A DNA stretch of 63,465 nt, the filler included, from Octopus bimaculoides (lineage: Eukaryota): the NCBI RefSeq assembly GCF_001194135.2. It is 7 parts of 7 records of this genome, joined end to end, with 100 filler letters (N's around TTAATTAATTAA, not from the genome) between each part and the next. Parts side by side here need not be neighbours in the genome. Positions count along the whole stretch, not along the records: positions 1 to 12,698 come from NC_068986.1; 6 more parts are not named here. One strand, 5' to 3'. This document shows, piece after piece, positions 1 through 12,798 of this stretch. The notes below the pieces were generated by a model. It worked only from the letters and a program-made list of their open reading frames with translations, did no database searches and was not told the DNA's origin. Both the position numbers and the translations under genes were made by a program. Numbering within the stretch: the stretch's first letter is position 1; each line of letters begins with the position of its first letter.

Positions 1-29
1 TTATTATTATTATTATCTGCATCAAGGAG

Positions 30-435
30 AGATGTCCTACCAGGACTAAGGAAAGAAATTTTTTGGTCATATCCAGCTTTAGACAAAGCCACATTATAGT
101 AGTTTGAATTAGAATTAAATATATCAATGTTGGAAGATAATCTAGTAATTCTCTCGGTAATACCTTTAACTATAGAATTTAATACATTTGGTGGATGATT
201 GGAAAATCTACTTACATATCTAGTAACTTCATTCTCTTTTCTATATGGGTGGTATAATCTAGCTTCTATGTTAAGAGTGGTATCTAAAAAATTTACAATC
301 TTAGTACTATATTCGTATGCAATATTTAAGTTAAAACTTTAAACAAATTTTCAAATTTTCTTTCTTATTCTCTCAATGAATGATTTATTATTACTAGGGA
401 TGATGAATAAAGTATCATCCCTATATAGACCGCCT
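30..435 (-). mobile_element. Penelope-like element reverse transcriptase fragment (decayed)
   Basis: Manual minus-strand translation gives GLYRDD...IVNFLDTTLNIEARLYHPYRKENEVTRYVSRFSNHPPNVL...LSSNIDIFNSNSNYYNVALSKAGY, the typical PLE RT/thumb pattern, with internal stops. Confidence 0.75.
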
Positions 436-699
436 TTATATTGTTATATTGTTATATTGGGGATAGTCATATTTTGGGCAATTAACACTACGCACTATAT
501 ACTTGTTCTTCACTTCAGCTTTGTTATTATTATTATTATTTTAGTATCTTTTGTCTGAAATCTTTCATCACACATCCTGTGACTCTCTATCCAATGTATT
601 TCCTCCAATTCTGTTTAGTCCACTTGCTGAAGCGAAGAAAAAGTATACAGCGCGTGAGGTTAATTGACAAAAAATATAACCATTCCCAAATATCTGTTT

Positions 700-985
700 C
701 AACGCACCATTTCACATTCTTGCAAAACACTCGCTTCAAATTCTGGGTCACACTGTATTGAGAATCTCTCCTGGTTAAAGCACATTCTTAATATAGCTAG
801 GGCCGCATCCCAAAGACAGGCCCGTCTCTTCAGAGTCAGAAAATATTTCAGCCTCAAATGCTGCTGACTTTCTATAAGGCTCAATTGAGGTCCGCAGTTG
901 AGTACTGCATTCACATCTAGAGCAACGCTGCTGCCATGAACTTGGACATCTTGGACTGCATCCAGAGAAAAGCACCTCTACTAAC
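700..985 (+). mobile_element. CR1/L2-type LINE RT C-terminal fragment
   Basis: LSWLKHILNIARAASQRQARLFRVRKYFS, then after a frameshift YKAQLRSAVEYCIHI*SNAA...LDCIQRKA, resembling the YKAQIRPxLEYCSHIW region of CR1/L2-group LINEs. Confidence 0.6.
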
Positions 986-1039
986 TGGTATTCAATTACT
1001 GACGGTAGCGCTCCAGCCTCTGAATCGATGAGACGAAGA

Positions 1040-1293
1040 TAGAAAGAGTGAGATAGATAGATAGACAAAAGAGAGAGAGAGTGAGAAAGGGAATAGGGGG
1101 AGGGAGAGTGGTAGAGATACATACATACATACATACATACATGTATAATACATGTATAATACATACATGTATGCATACATACATGCATGCATGCATGCAT
1201 ACATACATACATACATACATGTATAATACATGTATAATACATACATGCATGCATACATACATACATGCATGCATACATACATACATACATACA
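1040..1293. repeat. Compound microsatellite (GA/GATA/ATAC/ATGC)
   Basis: Direct inspection; explains the MYVCMY/HTYIHT ORFs. Confidence 0.9.
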
Positions 1294-1989
1294 TAAATTA
1301 GTCCTCTGTAACTTAATGTAATACAGTGTTCTCTGATGATCCGTTCTGGTTAAATATCCTAAGGCACTTGGAACATCCGATGTAGGGTTTCAAGCAAGCT
1401 GAATAGTGAAACGTAAGTAGGAACTAAAATTATAGATTAGTGGTTAACAAAGTTTTTCACACACATACACGCGCGCGCGCACACACAAACATGATCTTTA
1501 TATATATATATATATGATCTTTAAATTTTCGTTATAATGATGATACTGATGAATAAAAGACAAATTTACAATTAACCACCAGCCTACTCCCACACAAATT
1601 TTACTCTATCACACACACATGATCTCCACCCAACAATTAGTCTTTTAAGTCATTATCTTAATACATACACATTCTTTTACGCACACACGCACTCACACAC
1701 ACAGACACACATGCACGGAGTGTCTCTTGACAGCACAATTCTGAAAGCTGAACAGGCTGGATAATATTAGAAACGATTTTATCTTTTCCTTGGTGCATGA
1801 TTCAGTATATCAAAAGAAACGTAATTAGAGGATCCAGCAGTTTCACAAACCTATTCAAGACATCACTGGTTGATAATGCAGAAGAATGAAACATTACTAA
1901 GTTTATATTCAATCTCCAGTTCTTGAATAAAATCTCCGAAACGTCAGCGGGCTATGCATTTAAACATATGAAGTTGACAGTTTCAAAGA

Positions 1990-2420
1990 CAAATTGTATA
2001 ACGTCTTCATAATGAAGTATCGGAATGCCTGGGGCTCCAGTTGAATAATACAGTGAACGAGAGAAATTCTTGAAAGCTGGGATCACTTTTCTTAAATTCA
2101 ATACTGCATTTTCTTTATCATTATAGCTGCTTCCTCTTTGGCAACTCTGACGAGTATATTCAGTGGAACATTAGCATATGTCAACAGTATTTTTAATGTC
2201 AGCTCCATGAATTATTTATTTTAATGTTACGAAGTCCAACATATTTTCTTTCCACATTATATCTGAGAAAACATATGAAACACAAAGAACAAAAATTGCC
2301 AGTTTTGGGTAGTCTTGTATCTCTGTAGATTCGTCAACAGCTTAGCTGAATGCAAGACACTTCGTTAAATTATTTTGCATTTTATCTGCAACATCAAAAC
2401 TCATCTGAGAAACACACTTT
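1990..2420 (-). mobile_element. hAT (Charlie/SPIN/GTF2IRD2-like) transposase remnant
   Basis: Minus strand contains VDEST (first catalytic Asp motif) and HCIIQLE (CxxH-region motif HCIIHQE) with frameshifts and stops. Confidence 0.55.
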
Positions 2421-3352
2421 TCTATAATGTAGAGTGAAACTGTTCTTTCTGCTATGCGTTTTGTGTCTTGGATATCTAACACTAAGAGATTTAGCTTAGC
2501 AGACTCGTCATTAGAGTATAAGTGTTTGACACGAGGAATATTCTATTACATAACGAAACCAGTTTCAGTCGTTTATCGGTGTCCTTACTGAAGTTTATCA
2601 GCAATGACTGAAGATTTTTATCACAATGTGATGATTTTAACAGTTTTCTTTAATTTTTATTTGGATGGATCATCATACGAAGATTTTGTGATTTTCTTCA
2701 GAAGAACGTTTCAAGTTACTGTCTTCGCAACGACTGAGCTACACATGAATAAGATACAAAATTTTACCTTCTTTAGCGGTGAATGCAAAATTCTCCTCTT
2801 GTTATTACATAAAATTTTTGTTTTCATCTTCATATTTTTGTTTCTTAAAAGCTGACGATACCATCTTCATTCTCAAATTTCTAAAACACCCATAAACATA
2901 AATTTTTATCCAAAGTGCACCAAGTTCACCGCCACTAGGCTCATGCATAATTTACAACAAATTAAAGGGCTTTCGTAACTTACCGTATTTTCGGTCTTTT
3001 AAAGTTATTTCAAAGTTTATATGTTTTCATGAAAACAATAAGTATATTTACAACCATATCTGCGAGATCATGTTAAGAATGAATATACACTCATGCTTTT
3101 TTGATTATCGTTGTTTTGTGTGCTCGTAATAATTTAATATCTACTGAGCAGGCCTTAACATTTCTATAAATAATAAGAGCCATCCACATTTAGCTTCAGA
3201 GATCTGGCGGTGTCTCTGAGGGAGTATGCATCACTGATACATCACTGAAACGTGCGTGTGCTGTCAGTCCACATCACCTAAAAGATGTCCTTCGAAAACG
3301 AAATCCACGAGCGAAAAGTATATTCACGGAAAACATATACATAAACATACAT

Positions 3353-3388
<36 letters not shown>

Positions 3389-4364
3389 NNNNNNNNNNNN
3401 NNNNNNNNNNNNNNNNNNNNNNNNNNNNNNNNNNNNNNNNNNNNNNNNNNNNNNNNNNNNNNNNNNNNNNNNNNNNNNNNNNNNNNNNNNNNNNNNNNNN
3501 NNNNNNNNNNNNNNNNNNNNNNNNNNNNNNNNNNNNNNNNNNNNNNNNACACACACACACACACACACACACACACATCACATATGAATGTATATATGTT
3601 AATTCAATTTGGATACAAGCCTTGTAGCATGTTTTAGACTGCGCAATTACATGTATCGACTAGTAAATGCTGTTAAACAGTGAAACGGATTATATCACTG
3701 AATATACGTCTGTAAATCCGTGAATATCCGTAAAGTACGTACAAAAATATGAATAAGAGAAAATGGATTCAACAGCACGTTTTACAGCTTAATACTACAA
3801 TTGTTTCATCGCCACTTTACCACTAGATCATTGCTGAAACATTAGTATATAAATATAAACTAACATATATCGTGTCGCCATTATTATTCCAGTAATACTG
3901 GTTAGTTTCTATTCTTCAGGTTTAAATACACACGCGCGCGAGCAGACACACACACACACACACACGCATATAGACACCCACACATACAGACACACATACA
4001 TAAATGCATATACGCACAAGCATATACGATATAAACACATTTATTAAACGAAAGAATAAAGAGAAACCCAGGATATATAAAAAGTTGCTCCGCAATTTAT
4101 TCATGTGTGTAATGTAAGGTTTCATTACGCACAGATATTCACAGACGCACAGATATTCACAGACGCACACAAGATGTCTGCATGCTTATGAATGGCTATG
4201 TATGTATGTATGTATGTATGTACGTATGTATGTATGCATGCATGCATGTACGTATGTCTCTGTCTGTCTGTCTTTCTCTCTCTGTCTATCTATCCAAGCT
4301 CACACATACATACACATACATACATGCACACATACATACATACATACATGCATACATACATGCA

Positions 4365-4396
<32 letters not shown>

Positions 4397-5444
4397 GATG
4401 TGTTTGTGGATATGTGGGCGCAATTTTCTCTGTAAGCTTATATGGCTACGACTTTGTAGATCATGTTGGTTCAACAAATTTCCTTCCACAGAATGTGGTG
4501 GCCTTGACAGGCTAATTAAAAAAAGGGGATTTAGTTGTGAAATTTTACTTTCAATCCGGAATATTATATTAACTTCGCTGGTGAAGTAATTTAGCTCCAG
4601 AAGTTGATTGAGCGGAAACAGTGAAGACATACCGACACCTAGACTAGCAGAGACTCACGCACGTACGCCCGCGCATACACACACACACATACGCGTGCGC
4701 ACACGCACACACACACACACACACGCCACAACACGCAAGACAACACAGTACACACACATACATAAACACAGAGGCCTGAGAGAGACGCATAGAAATATAG
4801 ATATTTAAACAAACACACACCACACACATGAGCATGAAGTCACATAAAAACACATAAATACTTACAAATACTTACAATCAAATAATCCCTTATACCCCTA
4901 ATAAAAGTTGCAATAAGCTTGCTCCGCCTCCCAGTCAAAGTTTTTCAAGAACATAAACAGATGCTTGAGACTTGGAATTGAACCTGTGTAAGAACAGCTT
5001 ATACTCCTGTCTGTTCAATTCAATAAAATTACTTTATATTTCAGCTTTAACGTAATATTTTCTGCCCCCTCTCTGTAAGGCTGGTCTCAAATGGTAATCT
5101 TATACTCTGTGTAACATTGGCCACCATCACCGTCTACAGATCTACAGAAAACTGATCTTTATCATAATTTAATAAAAGACCACCCGAAATGTAATCAAAA
5201 TAGTTGTTTCCTCTACAATACTGACCTGCACTGTAATGCTGACTTCCATCATTACTCTTCTCCCCACTTTAAGATTGAGTTCTGTAATCACCACGACCCC
5301 AATACTACGCAACTAGTCAGGGATCTATTCATACATTCATTATTATATCAATTTATGTGACATTTGACTGGTCTCTGATTATTTTAATCTTAAAACATTG
5401 GAAAATTAGTTAACGACAGATATTGACCAAAGTATAATTTATTC

Positions 5445-5548
<104 letters not shown>

Positions 5549-5731
5549 CCTAGTAAAAAATATTTGGGGCTCGCATATTGGTTAAGAATTAATTTAGATG
5601 ACCGCTCGTAAATCTCGTGAATGGGGCTCGATTCCACTGCGCAGTACCTTGATCAAGAAGCTTCTATTGTTGATAGGGTCAAGCAATGCTTTGTGAATGA
5701 AATTTGGCTATAAACGAAGATATGTTTGTAC

Positions 5732-5786
<55 letters not shown>

Positions 5787-6159
5787 AAACCCTTTAAACA
5801 GAAAAAGTGTGAACATAGAAATCTTTTTCGAGAGTGCCCCATGTATCCACACATTTATATGTATATACGTGTTTGTACACACACACACACACCACCACCA
5901 CCACCAAATAATAGTTATACAATTTGACTTAAAAAATAAAGCAGCTGACTTTTGCTACATAGAAACTAACCAAAGCTTGAGTATCTTTCTGTGTGTCACT
6001 TAAATAACATTCTGCACATCAAAATCTGTTAGTTATGTTACTATATACAGTCATAAGAAACTAAGATTGATATTTCAGTCCTACTTTTGCACTGCTGCAA
6101 TGAAGGACATGCATATTCACACACACATTGCAAGAGATGGTGTAAGGAAGAATATATTT

Positions 6160-6355
6160 ACGTGTGCGTACCTTTGTGTCTGTGTTTGTTCCCACCACCA
6201 TTGCTTGACAACCATTGTTGGTGGGTTTACGTCCTCGTAACTTAGGGGTTCGGTAAAAAGACATATAGAACAAGTACTAAGCCTAAAAAGAATAAAACCC
6301 TTTAAGGCGGTACTCCAGCATGACGGCAGTCAAATGAGTGAAACAAGTTAAAGAA
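6160..6355 (+). mobile_element. SINE family A, 3' half
   Basis: Matches the 3' half of the full copy at 23009-23390 (ttgacaacc...gtaacttag.ggttcgg...aaggcggt.ctccagcatg...gaaacaagt). Confidence 0.75.
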
Positions 6356-6376
6356 TAATGTATATATATATTCAGG

Positions 6377-6420
6377 CTTGCCTGAAGACCTTGCCCATAG
6401 AAAAAACTCAGAGTAGCAAG
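6377..6420 (+). ncRNA. Degenerate minimal type I hammerhead-ribozyme relic
   Basis: CTTGC-CTGAAGA-(no stem II)-GAAAAA-ACTC-A-GAGT-A-GCAAG: stem I and stem III intact, GUA site, stem II lost and GAAA expanded. Confidence 0.4.
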
Positions 6421-6484
6421 AGGTTGACTTAACCAAAATAGATAAAATATAGTATTAACGTCTACTACATATCTATAGTTTCAA

Positions 6485-6675
6485 ACTTTGGCACAGGGCT
6501 ATCAATTTTAGTGGAGGGGTAAGTCGGTTACATCGACCACAGTATTTAACTGGTACTTATTTCATCGACCCCGAAAGGATGAAAGACAAAATTGATCTCG
6601 GCAGAATATGAAGACGGACGAAATGCCTCTAAGCATTTTGCCTGGCGTGCTAACGATTCTGCTATCTCGCCGCCT
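6485..6675 (-). mobile_element. SINE family B
   Basis: Reverse complement of the gaatcgttagcacgcc...aaatgcttag...tttcatcctttcggggtcgat consensus seen at 41010-41620. Confidence 0.75.
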
Positions 6676-7124
6676 TATTCTACAATATGTATTAAACACG
6701 TGACTCGGGAAATAGAATAGAGCATCATAGATCCAACTATAGGCAGAACGCTCTGCTCATAGTTAAATATAAACCAGTAATACAGTCTATGTCATTCTAA
6801 TAAGGATTTACAAATCATTATTGCATTCTATGACGTTGCATCCATATTTAGAAATCGTTTCTGTGGCCTTGTTCTAAGTTTGTAATTATTGTACTTTCTG
6901 TGTCTTACATAACATTATTATCATAAATTACATGCAATTATTATTGTGCTAACTATTGCATCATATGTATATTTTATGTTCAACATCTACTAAATTGTCA
7001 TGGGAAAATAGTCGCAATATATTTTTCGTTGATTTATAAACTGTGAGTGTGTATGTGTGTGTGTGTGTGTGTATTAATGTACAAAGAGACAAGGACACAC
7101 ACACACACACACACACACTCTCAC

Positions 7125-7201
<77 letters not shown>

Positions 7202-7239
7202 CATATATATATACATACGCGCACACACACATGTGTGTG

Positions 7240-7540
7240 AAGGCGCGTGGCTTAGTGGTTAGAGTAATCGGCTCACGATCATAAGGGTTCAATTCCGGGA
7301 GGCACGTTGTGTCTTTATCCTAGACACTTTATTTCACGTTGTTCCAGTCCACCCAGCTAACATAAATGAGCTGACATGAATAGAAGGGGCCGGCCTTGTC
7401 ACGTACTGTGTCATACTGAATCTCCCTGGGAAATATATTAAAAGTACGCGTCTGGGGAGTGCTCAATCACTTGCACGTTAATTTCATGAGCAAGATGAAC
7501 TGGACCCATCGTCGTCGTAACCGACGGAGTGCCAGTTTAA
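7240..7540 (+). mobile_element. tRNA-headed SINE, family E-like body with family D-like tail
   Basis: Head ggcgcgtggcttagtggttagag...ggttcaattcc; body gacactttatttcacgttgttccagtccacccagct as in 21680-22030; tail gagtgctcaatcacttgcacgttaatttc...gacggagtgcca as in 42739-43123. Confidence 0.7.
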
Positions 7541-7900
7541 AATACATATAGGGAGATATAAAGAGAATGAGAGAGTAAACGCGTGAGAGAGAGAAGAGAG
7601 CTAGTAGGAGGGGAAATGAGGAAAAAAGCAAGTAGCAACAAGGGTTATATTAGGACTGTGTACACTATAGTCACGGAGAACAAAATCTTCTTTCTGATCG
7701 ATTCCTGTCTATCACTATATTCTCGAGAGAAACAAATTGAAGAAATCTAAAATTTTCTTGGATAGAAACACATCGAAACTAATCAGAATGCTGATTCCAA
7801 TGACGGTGGAGCCGCGATCTTCTAGATGTTTTCAAACATAAAAAACAAAGAAAGAATGTACACCTTGCAAAGTATAATGCTTCATTGAAAAACAGACGGC

Positions 7901-7942
7901 TTGATAGAGGGAACCCATTGGACCATGGGTTCCCTCTATCAA
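7901..7942. repeat. Perfect 18-bp inverted repeat with 6-nt loop
   Basis: TTGATAGAGGGAACCCAT-tggacc-ATGGGTTCCCTCTATCAA. Confidence 0.9.
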
Positions 7943-8214
7943 AGAGAATATGCGGTGAAAGAAAATAAGAACAACAATTTCGTATAACGATTCCGGAACC
8001 TAGGAAGTAAATTGCTCTGGTAAAAATTTAGCAATATATCATTCTAATAACGTGTTAAATTTGCTGAGGAGACTTTCTGAATAAAGAACATATACTTACA
8101 GTGTAAAGGTGGTGAGCCGAAAATAATTTGTAAATGCGATGAGAAGAAAGCGTTAATGAAAATTAATCTAAAGTAGAGAGACACCTGAAATTTGACTCGA
8201 GTAAAATATTGGTT

Positions 8215-8400
8215 ACAAATTTTGGCACTGACCTTGCAAGTGCAGGGGAGGGAGTAAATCGATTATATCGAACCCAATGCTCAACTAGCACTAATTTTAT
8301 CGGCCCCGAAAGGGTGAAAGGTTAAGTCGACCTCGGAGGAATATAAATCCAGAATGTCAAGGCGGACGAAATGCTGCTAACGGCTGCGCCAGCTCGCCGC
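8215..8400 (-). mobile_element. SINE family B
   Basis: Similarity to the family B consensus on the reverse strand. Confidence 0.7.
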
Positions 8401-8949
8401 CTTAACTTGAGTAAAATATTAAACGTATATAAAACATTAAACGAATCAGATTTCTTGTAGTTATGGTAACAACTACAGCCATGTTTTGGTATCATTAGTG
8501 CTTTTAAATGAAGCATAGATCATTAACAGCTGGCAATCCTTTCCAATGACAAGTTCATGGATTATATTGTGTGAAATAATTCACTGAATAAGGCAATGAA
8601 AATAATGATAGTAGAAAATACCCCAAGGGTGTTTTGTACATGGAAAATACATAGTTAAGGTGCTGACTACCGTACATTATGGGGTGGTGGGAATGAAAAC
8701 AAATTACAACCAATTGAGATTATAATTATAATGAAAAGAAAATTCTTTTGCGTTCATGAAAATTAATCCCAAAAGGGGAAAAGGAAGTAACTTTGAAAAG
8801 CAACGTGCAGTGGCTACTCTGCGAGAAGCAATGTTTGCGTTTCAAAGAAACGCACATGCGCGCGCATTCACAGACAAACAGTAAGGATTTAATTAGCGTT
8901 TTAGTGAACTTGAGAAATATGTAACTTAAAATTTACTGAAATTGTTGTA

Positions 8950-9018
<69 letters not shown>

Positions 9019-9089
9019 TCTGTACATTTTCATCTACTCGAATTCATTCACAAAAGCCCAGGGCAACCAGATACAGACAGGATGGATTT

Positions 9090-9530
9090 ATCTTTAAAGA
9101 GACACCTGGCGCATATCCTCTTCCTGAAATTTAGACCACTCCCGGAGTTCCTTGAGCTGAGCAGGATATATATATTCTTTTTTGCTGTGCGATGACCTCA
9201 TTTCCTCGATCTGTTTACATACGATTTCAATCATTCTAAGATCCTCTATATAATGCTATAATCGATTTTCCAGACTTTTGTTTTCTAACTTTGGATGCTC
9301 CCTTGCACATGTTTATGCGATTTTTCTAATAGAGCGGCGTACTGGTTTCGTACGTTACCAATTTTACTTTGCATGCCTGATCTAATGGGCATGCGTCTGC
9401 ATTTTTGCATTTGCATTCTGGGATGATCTACTTGGTGGTTTCATTTCAGACGATTACGTTTGTGTTGGAACTGCAACTGTTGCTTATCTTCATAGAACAC
9501 TTTTGAAAACATTTTCTGTATCTATGATTG
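9090..9530 (-). mobile_element. Penelope-like element GIY-YIG-region remnant
   Basis: Minus strand ISNSCSSNTNVI...CKCKNADACPLDQACKVKLVTYE resembles the PLE SYSCMPN..CNCR..CPL.G.C linker; heavily decayed. Confidence 0.5.
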
Positions 9531-9923
9531 TCTGAAAATGAAAAAGTTGTTTTTAACAATTAAAATTACGATAGCCGCTAACTTAAGTTAATTTTTTTAA
9601 ACACATCCTAGGACCGAGATTCTAATACTTACGAGATATTTTAATAAGCTGAATATAAAGTTAGATACACATAGAAGCAGTCTTGCCACACCGCCCTGTT
9701 GTGTTAAAAGATTTTATATCTCGTATTAGTATGCGAATCGGTAATTCCTCCTCTTCTAAAGAAATTTTCGATGGGATGAGTTCATATTGCAATAATGACT
9801 AGCAGAAAGCTTTCCAAGAAATAAAATTAAGAAAAGAATTCACGCCGTGCAGGATACAATCACGATCTAGAAATAGACCCAGAGAAATAATATCGTTTCT
9901 CCCCTTTTTCTCTGAATTTCAAG

Positions 9924-9954
<31 letters not shown>

Positions 9955-10314
9955 GAAAAAAGATTCCTGTTACTCCTAGATAAATATTTATCGAACACTG
10001 CAGGAACATTTTCAATTGGCAGTGTTCTATGAGGATTATTTACAACTGCCATCCTGATATGAAAACGATCACCTCAGACACATCCACCAAGCATGTTTAA
10101 CAATTTTCGTTAGCTAATGAAATTTCCATGCATTGTTGACGGATATTTAGATTCGTTGCAAATAGATTTGCTTATGAAATGTTTGAATAAACGTTAACGG
10201 GAAATTCAGAGTTGCAATTATGTAAGTTCGGTATTTGGTACAATATGAGCACTCTGCTTTGCCAATCTAAATATCAAGGGAGACAATTGTAACAACCACT
10301 ACAACAACAACAAC

Positions 10315-10365
<51 letters not shown>

Positions 10366-10366
<1 letters not shown>

Positions 10367-10705
10367 GAATATTCAGCAAAGATATAGGCATGGAGTTTGG
10401 CATAGATAAGCGTGTAATATTAGTCATGGGAAGGGAGCAGGTAGTGAACAGCGAAGGCATCCAATAACCAGATCGCCAGACATTAAAATCATTAAAAGGA
10501 AGGGAAAGTTATAAGTATCTAGGAGTATTAGAATCTGACAGAGTACTAACTATAGAAATGAAAACGAAAATTGAGAAGTACATCGGCAGGGTGAGGAAGT
10601 TAATGAAGTCAAAGCTAAATGGTCCGAATCCAGTAAAGGCTGTAAATACTTGGGCAGTATCATTACTTAGATACTCAACAGCTTTTGTAGATTGGACAAA
10701 AAACT
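10366..10705 (+). mobile_element. R4/Dong-clade LINE RT fragment
   Basis: RIFSKDIGMEFGIDK...YKYLGVLE...KLMKSKLNGPNPVKAVNTWAVSLLRYS; starts immediately after an (AAC)n(AAT)n array. Confidence 0.75.
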
Positions 10706-10789
10706 GAATTAGCAACCCGGAACCATGTGGTTGGTAAGCAAGCTACTTACCACACAGCCACTCCTGCGCCTGTAGTGCAGTTTTTTGTT

Positions 10790-11520
10790 GTATTGCTGCT
10801 TGTATTGTGTGTTGAGTCTATAATACATTGGTTTCTGGAATGGTGGTGGAAGTTTATTTCACTCGGTAATTGCTGTATAGAGTGTCTTGTATTTGTGGGT
10901 TATTTTGTTTAGGTTGTATTATTGGATAATGTCTTGCGTGAGCTGTTCCTAACTGGGCTATTTTTTGGACAGTGTGTAGTGTTGAGAATCCAGGTATAGC
11001 TTCTACGTTTTTGTACATATATTTTTTATTATGCCCAATGCTCCAGTTATTATTGATGTTGTTTTTACTTTCATGCCCCACATCTTGAATACTTCAATTT
11101 CGATGTCTTTAATTTCTTCACTTCCTTTTTGACAATATTTTGATCAGAAGGAATGCAATGTCAGTCAGTAAGCAAGTGTTTTCCTCCAATCCTTGATTAT
11201 TATGTCTAAACGATAAGCTTTTATTTCTTTGTCGGTTTGAACTGGCATATCTCAGATGATTGTGGCCTGGTCGTTGTCTTGAACCTTGTTTGGCATATGC
11301 TTATACCACCTATTGTCAGTTTTAATGTTATAATGCTGGTATATTGTCCAGCGGATTTAATTGCTTACTTTGTCGTGTCTTTATATATATTCAAACTTGG
11401 CAAGGACTAGGCAGCCCGATATGATGTGGTCAACTGTCTCATTGTGCTGGTTGTACATTCTGTACTTGGTGTTGAGGCCTGTTTTCATTATTTTGTTTTT
11501 ATAATTGTTTGTAGCCAGGC
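10790..11520 (-). mobile_element. R4/Dong-clade LINE 3' portion (zinc knuckle + restriction-like endonuclease), decayed
   Basis: ETVDHIISGC...RHDK...RWYKH.P.KV...DMPVQTDKEIKA...KDIEIEV.KMWG...QKIAQLGTAH; 5' end abuts an (AAT)n array on the element strand. Confidence 0.75.
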
Positions 11521-11522
11521 TA

Positions 11523-11587
<65 letters not shown>

Positions 11588-11879
11588 TTTTTTTCTTCTT
11601 CAAATTTTCTTCCATTTCTCGCCGAGTGTTTTCCGTACACCTAGGGCAGAGAAGCGCATTGTATGCATTCCCAGTTTACAAACGCAAATTCACAGGTAAA
11701 GTAAGTATTAAAAAAAAAAAAAAATAAAATAAATTCATGAAAGGATGTTGTTTTCACAGCGATAATGCTCTTCTCAGTACATGAGTCGTTCCAGTTAACA
11801 CAATTTTTTGCACTTCCTGAAGGGATGGTAAGCCTGGTATCATTTTCAAATAGGTTTCAGTACCCCTTTTTATCATTCC

Positions 11880-12698
<819 letters not shown>

Positions 12699-12798
12699 NN
12701 NNNNNNNNNNNNNNNNNNNNNNNNNNNNNNNNNNNNNNNNNNTTAATTAATTAANNNNNNNNNNNNNNNNNNNNNNNNNNNNNNNNNNNNNNNNNNNN
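12699..12798. other. Synthetic 100-nt join spacer (44N-TTAATTAATTAA-44N)
   Basis: Identical layout at six positions; the 12-mer places stops in all frames. Confidence 0.95.

Noticed and set aside
1308-1420. CTGATGA ... GAAACGTAAG as a type III hammerhead
   Set aside because: Stem III is only partly formable and no convincing stem I or II; at most a decayed PLE repeat end.
5040-5300. Minus-strand DGDGGQCYTEYKITI, cadherin-like
   Set aside because: Short, stops nearby, no DxD/DxNDN motifs or consistent exon.
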